From positions 192,001-256,000 of the forward strand of contig CAWCXJ010000013.1 in the NCBI GenBank assembly GCA_963799485.1: DNA of 64,000 nucleotides, written 5' to 3'. The notes beneath the pieces are model-generated. The model was not told the origin of the DNA. It made no database searches and saw only the letters and a list, made by a program, of their open reading frames with translations. This document shows positions 59,404 through 64,000 of this stretch, in pieces. The position numbers and the translations under genes were made by a program. Within the stretch, counting starts at the first letter, position 1. Every line of letters begins with the position of its first letter. This DNA comes from an uncultured Trueperaceae bacterium. GTDB lineage: Bacteria > Deinococcota > Deinococci > Deinococcales > Trueperaceae.

Positions 59404-61368
59404 TTACGGCCTGACTCTGAAAAATGTCACCTTACCGTCTACTGCCACCTTTACTTCGGTAACGTTGCTACCTACTTGCGTTACGTCGGCACTTACCGAA
59501 GGCCGGTAGCGGTTTACATTTACAGCCGCGCCGAACTCGAGCGTAACCACTGCCCTGGTATCAGGGATAAGAGTACGGCTGTTACGTTCATAAAGGGAGT
59601 TTTTGAGCCAGACGGCGACGTCGTAACTTCCGTCTTTACGAGCAATCGGGAGCATGACGGCGTTTTGCGGTAGCCCTGTAACCTCAAAAGGTAGCGCGTT
59701 CGGCGCGGCACCTGCGCCCGCGTCGCGCAAGTATCCCTGAAGCCGCGCGACAGCTTCAAAAGCGGGTTTTTTACGGAGCGTCCAGGTCGCCGGCGAGGCG
59801 TTGGGGTTTCCCTCGACGGCGACGAGGCCGAACCACTCCTCCATATCGGTGCGCTCGGGGTTGTTGGGTTTTTGGTCGAAAAGCTGGTACACGTAGTTTT
59901 GGTCGACACCCTGCACAAAATTCCAAAGAAGTGTGCGAACAAGGTAGTGAGCTGCAATATCTTCAGGCACACCGCGAAATCCGGATGAGGTGTTGACCGC
60001 GTTGTGATAACCGAGTTCGGTCGCTACAACCTGCCCCGACCCCGCGCGTTTTTTGGCTTCGGCAACAGCTTTTGCCATATCGTCGGTTTCCGGCATGGTG
60101 CCGCCGGTATACGGATGAATATTTGCAGCGTCGGCTCCTTTGGTAAACAGCCGCGGGCCGTTTGCAGTGCCGAACGAAGGGCCGACAACGCGGACGCCCC
60201 TAAAGTACGGATCATTTTTAAGCGCGCCGTAGTACTCGTTGTAAAAGTCACTAAGTTCGCCTACCCAGTTACCGGTTGGCGAAAACAAGTCCCATTCGTT
60301 AGGCAGTTCGATCTGATCATAAAGTCCGGCGTAGGTTGTTTTAAGCGACCTGATCAAGTTGTTGCTGTCGCCAATACCGAAGTTGCCATAAGAACCCGCC
60401 GGATCGCCGATACCGACGCTGACGTTAAAACCGGCAGCTTTTAGGTCGCGCAGAAATCCCGGGTGCCAGGCACGCGGATTTTGATGAACACCTTCTCTGA
60501 CCCACGTCGGCCCCAACGCCCTGAGATAGGTGATGATCCGGTTGACGTCGTAGTAAGCGGTGTCGTCGTAGGTACTGTGAATATTGATCCCGACGGAGTT
60601 GCGTAGTGCTTGAGCTGAAAACGCAGCTGGTGTAGGGTTCACATCTCGTGAAGCCGGACTTGGTACCGGATTTGGTACAGGCGTAGCGGGCGTTTCAGGA
60701 ACCTCCGGCGCTACCGGAGCTGAAACCGGCTCGGCAGGTAAAACCGCGCCCGTTGGAACGAACTTGGCGTCGTTCGTCAGGGCGAGCGCGTCGAACCGGG
60801 TGCCGTCTTCACGCATCCAAACGTTTAGGGTGTAGGTACCCGGCGCCGGAATGTTGAGGGTTGCGACGCGCCGGGCCATCGTCTTATTGACCCAGCTGTA
60901 GTCTTGGGTGAAGCCGGTGATACGGCTCGAGCTTTTGATCAGCTTCCCGTTGAGACCTAAGTGCAGCGAGTCGCCGTTAAGCGCAGCCTGCGCCGCCGCT
61001 TGACCGTGAACCCAAACGTAGTACGTGCCGGCTTTGACGAACTCGACTTGATAGTCGAGGCGCGGGCTCGTCGCTTCGACGCGTCGGTCGAATGTGGCGT
61101 TAAGGTCGCGCAGAGCCGCCATCGCCGTACCGTCAACCGCCTCGGCGTCACGCTGAAGCTGCCAGCTGTGTCGGCCTCTGGGTAAGTTGACCTGAAACGC
61201 TGTGGCGTCAACGACAAGTAGACCCTGCGCGTTCTGAACAGCGGGAGCCGCCAGGCTCGTCAACTCGGCGGGAGTAAGCCGTTCGGGGGTGCTACTACAA
61301 CCACTAAGAAAAGCGAAGAGAAGTCCAAAAAACATAAAGGTGCGCCGCAGCGCTGCAGGATACATCAT
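59404..61368 (-). CDS. Lipoprotein: CBM-like domain, Pro-rich linker and clan GH-A glycoside hydrolase
   Basis: Lipobox LSGC, GTYYVWV..MREDG..D domain, ELPNE acid/base and ATELGY nucleophile. GGAGGA RBS. Confidence 0.8.
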   Translation of the reverse strand: MMYPAALRRTFMFFGLLFAFLSGCSSTPERLTPAELTSLAAPAVQNAQGLLVVDATAFQVNLPRGRHSWQLQRDAEAVDGTAMAALRDLNATFDRRVEATSPRLDYQVEFVKAGTYYVWVHGQAAAQAALNGDSLHLGLNGKLIKSSSRITGFTQDYSWVNKTMARRVATLNIPAPGTYTLNVWMREDGTRFDALALTNDAKFVPTGAVLPAEPVSAPVAPEVPETPATPVPNPVPSPASRDVNPTPAAFSAQALRNSVGINIHSTYDDTAYYDVNRIITYLRALGPTWVREGVHQNPRAWHPGFLRDLKAAGFNVSVGIGDPAGSYGNFGIGDSNNLIRSLKTTYAGLYDQIELPNEWDLFSPTGNWVGELSDFYNEYYGALKNDPYFRGVRVVGPSFGTANGPRLFTKGADAANIHPYTGGTMPETDDMAKAVAEAKKRAGSGQVVATELGYHNAVNTSSGFRGVPEDIAAHYLVRTLLWNFVQGVDQNYVYQLFDQKPNNPERTDMEEWFGLVAVEGNPNASPATWTLRKKPAFEAVARLQGYLRDAGAGAAPNALPFEVTGLPQNAVMLPIARKDGSYDVAVWLKNSLYERNSRTLIPDTRAVVTLEFGAAVNVNRYRPSVSADVTQVGSNVTEVKVAVDGKVTFFRVRP

Positions 61369-61785
61369 AGACGGTCCTCCAAAGAGTTGCCAGGGCGAGC
61401 CCCTGAGGGTTAGCCGCACAAGAAACTGAGATGCAGGAGGGTAGACCTACGCTGTCATCCTTGGCCGATTGCGCTACTGGCTCAGCCGACTCCAAGCGCC
61501 CAAATACGGAGTCGGTTTCAGCGCCGCTAAGGTGCAGACCTTAGTTGGCTTAACGCTACCGCGACCCCGGGTATATGGTTGTAAAGATTTTTACGTCGCT
61601 TCGCTGTTCTTGAAAAGTCGGTGGAGCCGCCAGAAACTGCGCTGCTGTTGAGGTCGTAAACGCACGAAGCAACGTAAAAAACCCAGCTGGAGTGTAAACA
61701 AGCTCAACCTACACTCTACTGTTACGTACACACTTTACTGACGGACGGCTCGAGCCTTGGTCGTTCGCGGCTATGAAGGTTCGTA

Positions 61786-62766
61786 ATGATGGTTGAGACA
61801 GGGGCTGCTATAATTGTAAAAGTTATGTATAAACGCACCACCACCACTTTTAGTACCCTGGGGTTCCGTGTGCGCAGGAAACTGCATGATGTGTGGACAA
61901 AGGCTACAGTTAGAGACTTTGCCTATAAAGTCAGACAACGGATGCAGTTCGATAGAAATCCCGTCTTTATTACGCTCCAAGACAAGCACGCGGTCAAAGC
62001 TTACGCACAGGCGCGCCAGGTCAAGACCGCTGAAGTTTTTTTCGTTACTGATGACCCCACGACAATTCCCTTTGACAAACTACCTGACACCTGTTTTATC
62101 AAGGCCAATCATGGGTGGAACTGGAACATCTTGCGGCGTGACGGAGCTTTCTTCTTGTTTGAAGACGGGCGCGACGTACTGGGAAGTGACGGTTCAGTTT
62201 CGCACGCCGCAGCAATCAAAAGAGAGATATCTCAAGAGGCGTGCACTGCGCTGTGCTGCACCTGGCTACAGACCAGACATAACTCGGCAGAGTGGGTTTA
62301 CCAGGAGATAACGCCTAAAATCATCGTTGAGGAAGTGTTAGAGGCCACCGAGCCCGGTGAAATGCCCGACTACCGCCTGTTTACCTTCGGCGGCGTGGTC
62401 AAGGCCATCGACTTTGATACGCCGTCTCACCGCAAAGATGAACTGTCGTGCTACTTCGATACGAGCTGGCGAGAAATCCCTTTGACGCCCGGCGAGCGAC
62501 CCGCCCGGCTCCCGCCAAGGCCGGATAACCTCTCGGAAATGCTCGCGATTGCCGAGCGTTTGGGGGCCGGGTTGGATTTTGTCAGAGTTGACCTTTACAA
62601 TACGACAAAGGGTATCTATCTTGGCGAGATGACGTTATATCCCGACAGTGGCAATATCGATACGCCGACTAAATCGCGGGGGTTTAATACCTGGTTGGGA
62701 AATCAGTGGGAACTCGATAAACGGCACTTTGTCGCTGCAAAGCGGCGAGTTCAGAAAATGGTTTAG
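61786..62766 (+). CDS. TupA-like ATP-grasp amidoligase; start uncertain
   Basis: DKHAVK.Y, IKANHG, IIVEE, DYR.F.F.G, FVRVDLY and GEMTLYP.SG. Confidence 0.85.
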   Translation: MMVETGAAIIVKVMYKRTTTTFSTLGFRVRRKLHDVWTKATVRDFAYKVRQRMQFDRNPVFITLQDKHAVKAYAQARQVKTAEVFFVTDDPTTIPFDKLPDTCFIKANHGWNWNILRRDGAFFLFEDGRDVLGSDGSVSHAAAIKREISQEACTALCCTWLQTRHNSAEWVYQEITPKIIVEEVLEATEPGEMPDYRLFTFGGVVKAIDFDTPSHRKDELSCYFDTSWREIPLTPGERPARLPPRPDNLSEMLAIAERLGAGLDFVRVDLYNTTKGIYLGEMTLYPDSGNIDTPTKSRGFNTWLGNQWELDKRHFVAAKRRVQKMV

Positions 62767-63052
62767 AAAATACCTGTCAAAATACCTGCCGTACTACAAT
62801 CCGTCTCGTCGGCGTCGTAATGGTGGGACAGCGACTTATGTGGCTGCGCGTAACCCTTAAGGTCTTTACCCTTTTTACAACCACTTGAATCACAATACCG
62901 GGAAATAAAGTTTTCACAAGCAGAAGTATTGTGAAATAATGTACCTACTCCGTAACTGCTCGGCAACAGCTGCCCCAGGGCGAGTCATGTCGTAAAAACT
63001 ACAAAATTTTGCGTAACGCCCGCGTTAAACTCTGACAGAAAGCGAGGCAACT

Positions 63053-63469
63053 ATGGCACTCACACGTAAAGGCAGCGCCGAATGGAACGGCGATCTCAAA
63101 ACCGGTAAAGGCACGGTTACAGTACAAAGCGGTACCTTCGACGCGCAGTATTCTTATAAGTCGCGTTTTGAAGAAGGAACCGGGACCAACCCTGAAGAGC
63201 TTATCGGCGCAGCCCACGCAGGCTGCTACTCGATGGCCCTGTCAAATATGCTCGCCGAAGCGGGCCACACCGCCGACAGCGTAAAAACGGTAGCGAACGT
63301 AAAGATGGACGGGCTTACGATCACCGAAGTTCTGCTCCAGACCGAAGGCAAGGTTCCCGGCCTGAGCGCCGAGGAGTTTCAGCGCTACGCCGAAGACGCC
63401 AAAAAGAACTGCCCGGTATCAAAGGCGCTGGCGGCTCTAGCGATTGAGCTCGAGGCCAAACTCGTCTAG
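63053..63469 (+). CDS. osmC: OsmC peroxiredoxin
   Basis: W.GDLK.GKG, TNPEELIGAAHAGCYSMA and AKKNCPVS. Confidence 0.95.
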   Translation: MALTRKGSAEWNGDLKTGKGTVTVQSGTFDAQYSYKSRFEEGTGTNPEELIGAAHAGCYSMALSNMLAEAGHTADSVKTVANVKMDGLTITEVLLQTEGKVPGLSAEEFQRYAEDAKKNCPVSKALAALAIELEAKLV

Positions 63470-63486
63470 TTCAGCCTAACTCCTGC

Positions 63487-63517
63487 GCCTCACCTGAAAA
63501 CCGGGTGAGGCTTTTTT
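63487..63517 (+). terminator. Intrinsic terminator after osmC
   Basis: GCCTCACCTG/CGGGTGAGGC stem followed by T6. Confidence 0.85.
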
Positions 63518-63565
63518 GTGAAGTATTTGCGCGGTTTTTGTGTCGGGTTATTGTAAGGTGTCACC

Positions 63566-63865
63566 GTGACCCCAGAAGATGCGGTAATCTTGCGCAACGC
63601 CGCTTTGTCGACCTACGTATTGCCGGGCCTTATCTTGGCCCTGTGTGTGTTCGGCGGCGCTGCTGTTTCTTTCGGTGCCGGACGTAAACGGGCTACGGCA
63701 GTTATACCGGGCGTTTTTTTCGCGGTCTCGGGGCTTTATCTGGGCGACGGTTACACCGCTGTTCCGCTCATGTTCTTTGGGTCGGCGGTCGTTTGTGGTT
63801 TGTTTGTAGCCAGACGTTTCCCGGCTCGAGCCCGGCATGCGCCCAGGGTCCGGCAGCTCGAGTAG
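63566..63865 (+). CDS. Small membrane protein
   Basis: Three hydrophobic segments and AAGG upstream. Confidence 0.55.
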   Translation: MTPEDAVILRNAALSTYVLPGLILALCVFGGAAVSFGAGRKRATAVIPGVFFAVSGLYLGDGYTAVPLMFFGSAVVCGLFVARRFPARARHAPRVRQLE

Positions 63866-63922
63866 CAGCGCCGGAAGCTTCAGCCGACGCCCTTTCGGGT
63901 TGCCTCCGGGTAAACTGGATGT

Positions 63923-64000
63923 ATGATTCACCGCCGAGAAACCGTCACCTGTTACGTCGGAGGCGTCCCTGTGGGTTCAGCGCACCCTGTCGTCGTGCAG
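63923..64000 (+). CDS. ispG: 5' fragment of HMBPP synthase IspG (runs off the window)
   Basis: Translates as MIHRRETVTCYVGGVPVGSAHPVVVQ, matching the IspG N-terminus (RR.T..V.VG.V.VG..HP..VQ). Confidence 0.85.
   Translation, partial: MIHRRETVTCYVGGVPVGSAHPVVVQ

Noticed and set aside
62767..62790. AAAATACCTG direct repeat (period 12)
   Set aside because: Two short copies in AT-rich DNA with no supporting context.

Overview
A GC-rich bacterial chromosomal window whose proteins look like Deinococcota, probably Truepera-like; this taxonomy is inferred from IspG, AlaS and the TolC pair. Left to right it holds: a nucleotidyltransferase-like gene and hisC-hisB-hisH; a leftward family-5 ABC importer operon with MOSC, GH4 and BadF-type kinase genes; a divergent ROK regulator heading a rare-hexose cluster (RbsB-type ABC, divergent PfkA, AlsK-like kinase, PfkB kinase, LacD aldolase and a convergent D-lyxose isomerase); tRNA-Val(CAC), a decayed IS630, a LacI/CUT1-ABC/GH130/secreted (alpha/alpha)6-protein operon and tRNA-Pro(CGG); an alpha/beta-hydrolase-CYP152 fusion; a housekeeping block (alaS, Cof, YdcF, ruvX, mltG, LolC/E, TraB, recX); Nudix and MATE genes; a Wzx/Wzy polysaccharide cluster preceded by two TolC-like genes, an adaptor with no pump, and a lipoprotein glycosidase; a TupA-like ATP-grasp gene, osmC and the start of ispG. 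The strongest leads are: (1) a possible epimerase-free allose/psicose/tagatose pathway through a ketose 1,6-bisphosphate; (2) the hydrolase-P450 peroxygenase fusion; (3) a candidate uncharacterised secreted mannan-type glycosidase beside GH130; (4) mini-ORFs that bridge gaps in an ABC operon by start/stop overlaps; (5) TolC/adaptor genes in place of Wza/Wzc; (6) a highly iterated CTCGAG palindrome and an over-represented TTTACGGCG 9-mer. Family calls come from motif recognition by eye, no searches were run, and motif counts are manual and approximate.
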